Assembly: GCA_041560205.1 (NCBI GenBank)
Contig: JBFFBV010000014.1
Span: 3,811 to 67,810, forward strand
From: Candidatus Sulfomarinibacter sp.
GTDB taxonomy: Bacteria > Acidobacteriota > Thermoanaerobaculia > Thermoanaerobaculales > Sulfomarinibacteraceae
Length of the DNA: 64,000 nt
Reading direction: 5' to 3'
The position numbers and the translations under genes are program-made. Below the pieces are notes generated by a model, which saw nothing but the letters and a program-made list of their open reading frames with translations, searched no databases and was not told where the DNA came from. This document shows positions 17,388 to 29,540 of this stretch, in pieces; position 1 is the first letter of the stretch, and every line of letters begins with the position of its first letter.

Positions 17388-18506
17388 CTACGGAACTTTT
17401 TCGATCCCAAGGTCCTTCATCTTCCGCCACAGCGTGACACGGGAGATGCCGACCCGATCGGCCGCCTCCTGCATGCGCCAACCGCAGCGCTCGAGCACCT
17501 CACGGAGCAGCCGTTCCTCGAGTGCGGCCATCGGTTTCGGCGCCTTCAGCAGCTCGTCGACGAGGGCCGTCCCGTATCCGTCCACTGGCAGATGCTCCTC
17601 GTCGACACGATCTCCAGCCGCGGCCAGGGCGGAGGTGAGGACCCTCTCGAGCTCTTCGAAACCGCGGTCTCTCGCCAGCCGGGTCATCCTCTCGAGGGCA
17701 GCGGGAACGATCCGGGTGCGCGGGGCGAGCTCTTCCACCCACCTGACGATGATGCGTGACAGATCGCCCTCGAAATCCCCGGCCGACGGCAGTTCGAGAA
17801 TCTCGAAGTTCGTCCAATCCGGAACTGTCTCCGACGCGACGACAACTCGCCAACCCTCTGGGCCATTCGAGGCGAGGAGGCTTTCGGCAGCGTCGTTGCA
17901 GGCGTAGATTGTTCCCGGAGGCCAGGGATTGATGAGGTCCCAGCTCCCCGCCCAGGTGCAGAACAAGTTCTCCGGCATGCCGGAAATACGATGCATCGCG
18001 CGCGCGACATCGCGGCAGACCGGGGGCTCGCCGACCAGACAGACATCCGCTTGCGACCGAGCCAAAGCAGTGACTCGTTCCCGCAGTGCACCGGCAAGCG
18101 ACGATGAACCGGCCATGAACAGGCCCGGGTCCGGCTCGGTGGGTCGCAAGATCTCGACCGCACCTCGAAATGCGCCATCCTCGTCGGACAGGGGGATGAC
18201 CGTGATTCTGAGCGGCAATGCTCGCCCGTCCACGGTGTTGTAGACGGTGGCGAAATCTTCGACTCGATCGAGGTCATTCACGAGGGCAAAGGTCAGGGGA
18301 CAGGCGTTCTCGCAATCGACGCCTTGCGTCGTCAGCTTGCAGCGGCCGCCGATCTCGCGCCCTTGCTCGTAGCCCAGGAGGCGACGGGCCGCGTCGTTGA
18401 CGTGGAGGAGGATGCGCTGATGATCGAGGACGATGACGGCCTCTCCGAGGTGATCGAGCACCTCGACCCAGTCCGCGCTGATCAGACTCCGATTCTCCTG
18501 AACCAC
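17388..18506 (-). CDS. PAS-domain regulator with degenerate AAA+ (bEBP-like) core and Fis-type HTH
   Basis: N-terminal PAS 'VLDHLGEAVIVLDHQRILLHVNDAARRLLGY'. The central domain is 'CLVGEPPVCRDVARAMH', where the Walker A GxxGxGK is lost. C-terminal 'CGWRMQEAADRVGISRVTLWRKMKDLGI'. Confidence 0.7.
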   Translation of the reverse strand: MVQENRSLISADWVEVLDHLGEAVIVLDHQRILLHVNDAARRLLGYEQGREIGGRCKLTTQGVDCENACPLTFALVNDLDRVEDFATVYNTVDGRALPLRITVIPLSDEDGAFRGAVEILRPTEPDPGLFMAGSSSLAGALRERVTALARSQADVCLVGEPPVCRDVARAMHRISGMPENLFCTWAGSWDLINPWPPGTIYACNDAAESLLASNGPEGWRVVVASETVPDWTNFEILELPSAGDFEGDLSRIIVRWVEELAPRTRIVPAALERMTRLARDRGFEELERVLTSALAAAGDRVDEEHLPVDGYGTALVDELLKAPKPMAALEERLLREVLERCGWRMQEAADRVGISRVTLWRKMKDLGIEKVP

Positions 18507-18565
18507 GCCTTTATAACAGCGCGAAAGTTGCAGTTATTCGCTGTTCTCTGCAGATTAACGGCTTC

Positions 18566-18784
18566 TCAGCGCTCGATCTCGAAGCCTTCCTCGGGTTCGG
18601 GCTCGGCTTCGGTGAAATAGAGTGCAGTGTGCGCGATCGGCAGGAACATGACGTGGGTCTTACCCTTGATGGGGACCTCGACCTGGTAGTAGCCGTGGTC
18701 CGTGACTGAAACGAGCGTCCCGATGGTTCCTTTGGCGTCGATCAGAGGACAGTAGAATGAAACCTTCCCGGGAATTTCCATCAC
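18566..18784 (-). CDS. small hypothetical protein (72 aa)
   Basis: Good SD (GGAAAGGAG), codon usage consistent with neighbours, 59 nt upstream of the PAS regulator on the same strand. No family recognised. Confidence 0.45.
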   Translation of the reverse strand: MMEIPGKVSFYCPLIDAKGTIGTLVSVTDHGYYQVEVPIKGKTHVMFLPIAHTALYFTEAEPEPEEGFEIER

Positions 18785-18805
18785 GGACTCCTTTCCAGTC
18801 GATCA

Positions 18806-18814
18806 ATTTTATCA
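18806..18814 (-). promoter_or_regulatory. extended -10 TGATAAAAT for 18566-18784
   Basis: Minus-strand TGATAAAAT about 22 nt upstream of the start codon, just ahead of the SD. Confidence 0.35.
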
Positions 18815-19034
18815 CTGGTGTCCGGACTCGGTCCTCGCGAATCCTGCTTCAACGCGAGCTACTCCCGACGCGCTTCCGAGGAGCGTCACCGCCGACGATG
18901 TTTGGCCTTGGCACGAAGGCCACATCGAAAGCGTCATGCCACAATCGTCACCAGTGGCACGTCCACGAACGCGATCGTCTGGGTGCTCTCAACACGCTTG
19001 GTGGATGCGCCTCCGGTGAGCGGGGTGGAGACCG

Positions 19035-20429
<1,395 letters not shown>

Positions 20430-20433
20430 GTCA

Positions 20434-23795
<3,362 letters not shown>

Positions 23796-23859
23796 TATCG
23801 CCCACTCTCACAGTGTCGTCTCGGAGGGATTTGGCGAGTCAGTGCACACGACAGTCGGC

Positions 23860-24897
23860 TCAGCCATCGACGGACAGCACGATCTTAGCAAATTGCTCTG
23901 CCTGCTCCATTCTCTCGTAGGCCATGCGGCCCTCGCTCAAGGGGAGAACCGTATCAATCACCGGTCGAAGATGGTGCGTTGCGACGGCACTCAGCAGCTC
24001 GCGCCAATCGCTTCGGGATCCCATCGTCGAGCCGATGATGCTGAGCTGGTTCCAGAAGATCAATCGAATCTCTTCGACCGGCTTCGGTCCCGACGTGGCT
24101 CCGCAGGTCACGATACGGCCTCCCTTGGCGGCCGCCTTCAACGATTGCATCCACGTTGCCTCGCCGACTGAGTCGACCACCACGTCGGCGCCACGCTTCC
24201 CGGTCAATCCGCGCACACCGCGGGCCACCTGGTCATCAGACGCCAACACCTCATCGGCGCCCAACTCGACCGCCCGGCGGAGCTTTTCTTCGCTCCGCGA
24301 GGTCACGATCACGCGCGCTCCAACAAGCTTGGCGAGCTGCAAACAGGCCATCGACACGCCGCCACCGATGCCGTGGATCAGGACCGTCTCACCCGGACGC
24401 AGGCTGCCGCGGTTGATCAACATCCGCCACGCCGTGAGGTGCGCGAGACCGAGCGCCGCCGACTCCTCCCACGACAGATGTCCGGGCCGCGGACCGAGCG
24501 ACTCGGCGGCCACCACGACGGCTTCGGCAAAGGTCCCATCCGAGTGCTCTCCCAACACACCGAAGCGGACACACAGGCTCTGTTGACCGGCGAGACAGTA
24601 CTCGCACTGGCCGCAGGACAGGCCCGGGTCGAAGATGACCTCGGCACCTTCTTCGACGCCCTCGACGCCGTCCCCCACGGCGTCCACCACGCCGGCGCCG
24701 TCAGCGCCTCCGATGTGGGGCAAGCCGATCGGGATGCCCGGCATTCCGTTCAGGACGAAGAGATCGAGGTGATTGAGCGCAGCGCACTGCAACCGCACCC
24801 GCACCTCTCCGCGGCGCGGCTCCGGTTCCGGACGCTCACCAAAGAGAAGCCTGTCGGTTCCTCCGTGCTCTTCGAAGTAGAGTGCTTTCAATTCCAC
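23860..24897 (-). CDS. zinc-type alcohol dehydrogenase / quinone oxidoreductase (MDR family)
   Basis: 'GEVRVRLQCAALNHLD', 'CGQCEYCLAGQQSLC', Rossmann 'VLIHGIGGGVS'. Confidence 0.8.
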   Translation of the reverse strand: MELKALYFEEHGGTDRLLFGERPEPEPRRGEVRVRLQCAALNHLDLFVLNGMPGIPIGLPHIGGADGAGVVDAVGDGVEGVEEGAEVIFDPGLSCGQCEYCLAGQQSLCVRFGVLGEHSDGTFAEAVVVAAESLGPRPGHLSWEESAALGLAHLTAWRMLINRGSLRPGETVLIHGIGGGVSMACLQLAKLVGARVIVTSRSEEKLRRAVELGADEVLASDDQVARGVRGLTGKRGADVVVDSVGEATWMQSLKAAAKGGRIVTCGATSGPKPVEEIRLIFWNQLSIIGSTMGSRSDWRELLSAVATHHLRPVIDTVLPLSEGRMAYERMEQAEQFAKIVLSVDG

Positions 24898-24920
24898 CTC
24901 CGAGATGGCGGTATTCTAAC

Positions 24921-24990
24921 CCGTGCCCGTCTCCGTCTCCGTCTCCGAGGATCTGCGCCTGGCATTACGGGCACGGAAACGGAAAAACAC
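24921..24990. repeat. hexanucleotide repeat block (CCGTCT)n with flanking 9-bp inverted repeat
   Basis: CCGTGCCCGTCTCCGTCTCCGTCTCCG, then CGGGCACGG (reverse complement of CCGTGCCCG), then GAAACGGAAAAAC. Related to the blocks at 27941 and 47498. Confidence 0.6.
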
Positions 24991-25011
24991 AAAACCCCGC
25001 CGAGGCGGGGT
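24983..25011 (-). terminator. rho-independent terminator of 25039-26694
   Basis: Minus strand: ACCCCGC-CTCG-GCGGGGT followed by TTTGTGTTTTT, 27 nt after the stop codon. Confidence 0.75.
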
Positions 25012-25038
25012 TCTGCGGTTCCACGGGTGGAAAAAGAT

Positions 25039-26694
25039 TCAGGGACTCTGGTTGTCGAGCACGAAGCGGCGCTGGCCTACGATGTTGCGTCCGCCGCGGC
25101 GATCTTCGGTCCACACGACGAGAATGTGCTCACCATCAGCCAAGTTGGCCGCAATGGTGTCGAGTTCATATCTGAATCCCGCAGTGGAGGTAAAAATCGG
25201 CGGCATCCACGGATACAGTTCATCGAGGTCCGGCGTCGAAATCCCGAGCTCGGCAAATCCGATCAACACGCCATCCACCCAAATCTCGACCTCGTCAATC
25301 CTCAGGGAGTCGATCGCGAAGCCGGTCACCTCGACCGTGCCCGCAACCAGCTCCATGTGCTCAGGCGTCCAGATATCGCCCCACGAAGGCCGGTCGGCAT
25401 CGTCGTTACAATCGAAGATGACCGGCAGCTGCGCGATATCTATGACGTTGTTTTCGCGGTCGCCAGCCCGAACCTTGAACAGGTGCAGCCCCTGGCTGTA
25501 ACCCCTTGACAGCAGCAGATAGTCGACATCCACCAGGAACGAAAACCCGGCGTGCTTCGAATTCGGAACATCGACGTAGAGCCGGTGAACGTCCATCCGC
25601 TCGTGACCGTAATATCTGAAATCCCAGTCAGCGGGCTCCCAATAAAAGCTGCCCTCGTTGGTATCGGCAATGATGTTACCGTCGAGGAGGAGCTGAACGT
25701 AGGCGACGCCACCCATATCGGTACGAGACCCGACGTCGAGGGCCCAACCGACGACCATCTCCATTTCTTCCGCGGGGTCGAACACATCACCCGACCACGG
25801 TGGAAGTTGCCCGTTTTCCTCTTCTTCACAGTCGTCGCCGTACATGACGTAGTTGTCGATCGGCCAGTCAATCCCTCCGAAGGGCGGCAGGTTGGATCCG
25901 GTGTTGAAGGTCTGGACAAACCGGCGTCCTATGATCCGTGAGGCACCCTCGTTGTCGACCACGCGCACGGCCAGAACGTGAATCCCGTTGTTGAGGACGG
26001 TTGTATTGAGCATACGGATGAACCCTGCGTACTCGGCGTCCGGATCACTCGGGAAACGGTTGCCGACGTCGGGCCGATGGACACCCGTGACGGCGTTACC
26101 CATCGCCAGGCCGTCGACCATGATCTCGACGTAGGCCACTTCCTCGTCGTCGAGCGCCCAACCGGTGACCGGGAAGACACCGTTCATCGGCTGGTTCGTG
26201 CCGGGCAGCTCGAGCTCGCCGAGCGGCGCCTGGTTCAAGTCGTTGTCGATGGTGATGGATCGCAGGCCGTAATCCTGGACAGTCGAGTCGCTGAAGGTGA
26301 CACGCATGAACAGTGTGTGGACCCCATCGGAATAGGCCTCTGAGTCGAAAGAGGTCGCAAAACCCGGACGCGCGTAGGGCGTCCCCGCGTACCACGGGTA
26401 GGCCTGGAGAATGTCGTAGCGCGGTTGATTCATATCGGCCGTCGCCACGAACTCGTCATCGACGTAGAGGTCGATCTTGCTCACCAATGCCTTGTCCCAT
26501 TGACAGGAGTGCCACGTCCACTGGGGCCCGCACTGCTGACCGTCGTCGACGATGAAACCGTTGACCTCGACGAGTCCGAATACCGTCGCCCCATCCGCCG
26601 GCGTGTCAAGCCAGAAAATGGTATCCGCAACCGCGCTTATCGGCAGCAGGAGAGTCAGTAGTACAAGCGCCCCGACGGATCCTTTGTAACGCAT
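25039..26694 (-). CDS. secreted protein with four tandem Ig-like/beta-sandwich repeats
   Basis: Signal peptide 'ALVLLTLLLPISAVA'. Repeated module 'P..G..V.G...V.GWA(F)..D....V..VE(I)..VDG', for example 'VFPVTGWALDDEEVAYVEIMVDGLAMGNA' and 'VEVTGFAIDSLRIDEVEIWVDGVLIG'. Strong SD AGGAGGA. Confidence 0.6.
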   Translation of the reverse strand: MRYKGSVGALVLLTLLLPISAVADTIFWLDTPADGATVFGLVEVNGFIVDDGQQCGPQWTWHSCQWDKALVSKIDLYVDDEFVATADMNQPRYDILQAYPWYAGTPYARPGFATSFDSEAYSDGVHTLFMRVTFSDSTVQDYGLRSITIDNDLNQAPLGELELPGTNQPMNGVFPVTGWALDDEEVAYVEIMVDGLAMGNAVTGVHRPDVGNRFPSDPDAEYAGFIRMLNTTVLNNGIHVLAVRVVDNEGASRIIGRRFVQTFNTGSNLPPFGGIDWPIDNYVMYGDDCEEEENGQLPPWSGDVFDPAEEMEMVVGWALDVGSRTDMGGVAYVQLLLDGNIIADTNEGSFYWEPADWDFRYYGHERMDVHRLYVDVPNSKHAGFSFLVDVDYLLLSRGYSQGLHLFKVRAGDRENNVIDIAQLPVIFDCNDDADRPSWGDIWTPEHMELVAGTVEVTGFAIDSLRIDEVEIWVDGVLIGFAELGISTPDLDELYPWMPPIFTSTAGFRYELDTIAANLADGEHILVVWTEDRRGGRNIVGQRRFVLDNQSP

Positions 26695-26746
26695 TGCGAT
26701 TCCTCCTTAGGACCGAAGTTCCGGGTAGGCATTTACACTCTTAATT

Positions 26747-26775
26747 ATGATATACCAAGGCATATCTACGGTCAA
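26747..26775 (-). promoter_or_regulatory. sigma70-type promoter TTGACC-17 nt-TATCAT
   Basis: Minus strand -35 TTGACC (26775-26770) and -10 TATCAT (26752-26747), within a conspicuously AT-rich 190-nt intergenic island. Confidence 0.4.
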
Positions 26776-26886
26776 ATAAAAGAAGCAAAATGAATATCTT
26801 TGGGCCCGCAAGTCTCTCAAAAGATGCATATGAACTTACATTCTCCGTGACGTAGATCACCGAATGTATCGACAAACCGGATTGGA

Positions 26887-27867
26887 TTATTCGGTGGACC
26901 TTTTTGCCAATTCCTCGGCGTGAATGCGCGCGGATTTCGCCAGAGCTTCGAGATCATATCCTCCTTCGAGAATAGAAAAAACACGGCCTTCGGCCCAGCG
27001 CTGGGCTGCGTCGACCGCAGCTGCGGTCAAGCGGGCAAAGCCCGATTCCGAAAGGCACATACCGCCCAAAGGGTCATCCATGTGACCATCGAAACCGGCC
27101 GACAGGATGATCGCAGACGGTCGAAGACGGTGGCACATCTCGTCCAGCGCGTCCTCGAAAGCGGTGCAAAAAACGTCGCTGTCCGCGCCACCGGCCAGCG
27201 GTACATTTCGGGTCGTTCCGCGGCCCTCTCCCTCGCCGACCTCGTCGGCACCCCCACCACCAGGAAAGGCCGGATATCGGTGAACTGAAACGAAACCGAC
27301 ATCGCCTCGCGAATAGAAATATTGTTGCGTCCCGTCACCGTGGAGCGCCCCGAAGTCGGCAATCACCACCGGCCGATTCCAGCTCCGGACCACGACCTCG
27401 GCCGCCAGAGCAACCGAGTTGAAGAAACAGTAACCCGCTGCGCTCTCACGACGCGCGTGGTGGGCCGGTGGGCGGACGACGATGAAGGCGCGTGCCAGCC
27501 GACCGTTCACCAGATCGAGGGCCGCTTGCATGGCCAGGCCCGCGGCCGCGACCGCGGCATCAAAGGTCCCGGACGATACGCTGCAGTCGTGCGAGTCGAG
27601 CCACCCGCTTCCCGCCACCGAAGCCTCTCGGACACCTTCGATGTACGCCGGGTCGTGGATCCACGCCAGGGTGCCGATGGTGTCCTCATCCGGAGGGAGC
27701 GGGCTCTCTCTGTCCACCACCCAGCGACCGTCGACGCGCGCGCTCAGCGCGTCGAGAATCACCCGTGCACGCTCCGGTGTCTCCGGATGGCCGAGCCCGG
27801 GCTTGTGCTCGAGGCACCGCGGGTGCGAGCGCACGGTCAACGGCAAGTCAGCGTGATTTCCCATCAC
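26887..27867 (-). CDS. histone deacetylase-family protein (acetoin utilisation/acetylpolyamine amidohydrolase-like)
   Basis: 'HPETPERARVILDAL', 'RPPAHHARRESAAGYCFFNSVALAA', 'DFGALHGDGTQQYF', 'ILSAGFDGHMDDPLGGM'. Confidence 0.85.
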   Translation of the reverse strand: MMGNHADLPLTVRSHPRCLEHKPGLGHPETPERARVILDALSARVDGRWVVDRESPLPPDEDTIGTLAWIHDPAYIEGVREASVAGSGWLDSHDCSVSSGTFDAAVAAAGLAMQAALDLVNGRLARAFIVVRPPAHHARRESAAGYCFFNSVALAAEVVVRSWNRPVVIADFGALHGDGTQQYFYSRGDVGFVSVHRYPAFPGGGGADEVGEGEGRGTTRNVPLAGGADSDVFCTAFEDALDEMCHRLRPSAIILSAGFDGHMDDPLGGMCLSESGFARLTAAAVDAAQRWAEGRVFSILEGGYDLEALAKSARIHAEELAKRSTE

Positions 27868-27940
27868 ACCGCCATGATAGCGAATGGCTCGATGCCACGC
27901 TTCTCCTGCTCTCCGATCCTCTGGCCCACGAGTTCAATTC

Positions 27941-27972
27941 GGGATCGGGATCGGGAACGGGATCGGGATCGG
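27941..27972 (+). repeat. G-tract hexanucleotide repeat (GGGATC/GGGAAC)5
   Basis: GGGATCGGGATCGGGAACGGGATCGGGATCGG lies in the divergent promoter region between 27867(-) and 28039(+). Confidence 0.8.
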
Positions 27973-28022
27973 ACACCCATCCGAAAGCAACTCGAAGGTG
28001 GAGTTGTGGGGCCGACAACAGA

Positions 28023-28031
28023 TGCTACTCT
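28023..28031 (+). promoter_or_regulatory. extended -10-like TGCTACTCT; predicts a leaderless transcript for 28039
   Basis: TGCTACTCT ends 7 nt before ATG 28039, and there is no SD. Confidence 0.35.
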
Positions 28032-28038
28032 AGGGGCG

Positions 28039-29067
28039 ATGGCGAAGAAGGCGGTCCGAATCGGTGTTTCCTTGGCCCTGATGGTCATACTGCTGGCCGT
28101 TTTTCTGTGGAATGTCGATTTCGCGGAGGTCGGACGGTCGCTCGCGGGCGCCGACTTCCGGTTGCTCGTCACCGCTTCGTTGGTCGCCATCCTGGCCTAC
28201 TGGATGCGCGCTCTCCGGTGGCAGTTCATCCTCCGCCCGGTCGGCCGCGTGCGACTCTCCAGCGTGTTGCTGACCACCGCCGTCGGCTATGCCGCACTCT
28301 CGCTGCTGCCGGCGAGGATGGGCGACCTGATCAGGCCCCTGCTGCTCGCCAGGCGAGAGAAGATCCCCGTGTCCGCAAGCCTCGCGTCGATTCTCACCGA
28401 GAGAGTCTTCGACCTCTGGTCGGTGGTGCTCTTCTTTCTCGTCTTCATCGTGTGGCCGCCGAGCATGCCGAATCTCGACGCGCAGGCGAAACGGAGCCTC
28501 GAGGTTTTGTCGCTGAGTGGGTACGTCGTCGGTGCCGGACTCCTGATCGGCACGCTCATTCTGCTCGGTCTCTTCCGGTACCAGGAACCTTTCGTCGAAC
28601 TCCTCACCCGCCCGGTCGGATGGATCAAATCATCGTGGCGGCAGCCGGCCACCAATTTCTTCAACCACTTTCTGGACGGTCTGCGGGTTTTGAAGCGGCC
28701 CCGCGACCTCCTGGTCACGACCGTCGCCTCGATCATCATGTGGTACGTCATCTGCTGGCAGGTGCGTTTCACACTGCTCGCCTTCGACATCGACTTGCCG
28801 CTGCGAGCGGCCTACCTCATCGTCACCATGGCGGTGATCGGGCTGGCCGTGCCCACGCCGGGAGGGGTCGGCGGTTTTCACAAGGCCACCCAGGTAGGAA
28901 TGACGCTATTCTTCGGCATCGGCCTCAACCAGGCGACCGGAATCGCCATCGCCTATCACGCCATCTGTTTCGTCCCGATCACGATCATCGGCTTGCTCTG
29001 CCTTCCCCTCCTCGGAGTCAATCTGCGTGAGGTCGAGGCCGCGCCCTCCGAGGCTGAAGCCGGATGA
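28039..29067 (+). CDS. flippase-like / lysylphosphatidylglycerol-synthase TM-region family (UPF0104) membrane protein
   Basis: Start moved to ATG 28039. 'FLWNVDFAEVGRSLAGADFRLL...YWMRALRWQFIL...LLPARMGDLIRP...ILTERVFD', about 8 TM helices. Confidence 0.7.
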   Translation: MAKKAVRIGVSLALMVILLAVFLWNVDFAEVGRSLAGADFRLLVTASLVAILAYWMRALRWQFILRPVGRVRLSSVLLTTAVGYAALSLLPARMGDLIRPLLLARREKIPVSASLASILTERVFDLWSVVLFFLVFIVWPPSMPNLDAQAKRSLEVLSLSGYVVGAGLLIGTLILLGLFRYQEPFVELLTRPVGWIKSSWRQPATNFFNHFLDGLRVLKRPRDLLVTTVASIIMWYVICWQVRFTLLAFDIDLPLRAAYLIVTMAVIGLAVPTPGGVGGFHKATQVGMTLFFGIGLNQATGIAIAYHAICFVPITIIGLLCLPLLGVNLREVEAAPSEAEAG

Positions 29068-29540
29068 ACTGCCCCTTCTGCGGCGACTCCGACAATCGGG
29101 TCGTGGACTCCCGCGACGTGCGCTCGGGATCCGAGGTCCGTCGTCGTCGCGAGTGCTCGGAGTGCGGCCAGCGGTTCACCACCTATGAGCGGGTTGACGA
29201 ACTGCCGACGACCGTCGTCAAACGTGACGGCCGTCGCGAAAATTTCGACCGCGAAAAGCTGTTGACCGGGCTCCTGCGGGCGTGCGAAAAGAGGCCCGTC
29301 CCCCGCCGCGAGCTGGTGGCGATCGTCGACTCCGTCGAGTCGACGCTGGCGGCGCGCGATGTCCGAGAGATGTCCACCGAGGAGATCGGCAACAAGGTCA
29401 TCGAGGAGCTGCGCCGGCTCGACCAGGTCGCATACGTGCGCTTCGCGTCTGTCTACAGGAGGTTCGAGGACGTCAACCAGTTCATGGACGAGCTCAAGCA
29501 TCTGCTCATCAAGGAGCAGAATTCAGATCACGATCGATGA
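29064..29540 (+). CDS. nrdR: transcriptional repressor NrdR
   Basis: 'MNCPFCGDSDNRVVDSR...RRRRECSECGQRFTTYERV' zinc ribbon plus an ATP-cone. Confidence 0.95.
   Translation: MNCPFCGDSDNRVVDSRDVRSGSEVRRRRECSECGQRFTTYERVDELPTTVVKRDGRRENFDREKLLTGLLRACEKRPVPRRELVAIVDSVESTLAARDVREMSTEEIGNKVIEELRRLDQVAYVRFASVYRRFEDVNQFMDELKHLLIKEQNSDHDR

Noticed and set aside
18911-18960. TGGCAC/TGGCAT strings, considered as sigma-54 -24 elements because an NtrC-type activator is adjacent. Sites: 18912, 18937 (minus), 18954, 17267, 33022-33037 (minus), 33094, 36282.
   Set aside because: None has a properly spaced -12 TTGC. The examples are TGGCATGACGCTTTCG (TTTC), TGGCACCATGCCCTGC (GC one nt too far) and TGGCACCTCACTCGCC, which has correct spacing but points at no gene. 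They are more likely part of the GTGGCAC repeat motif.
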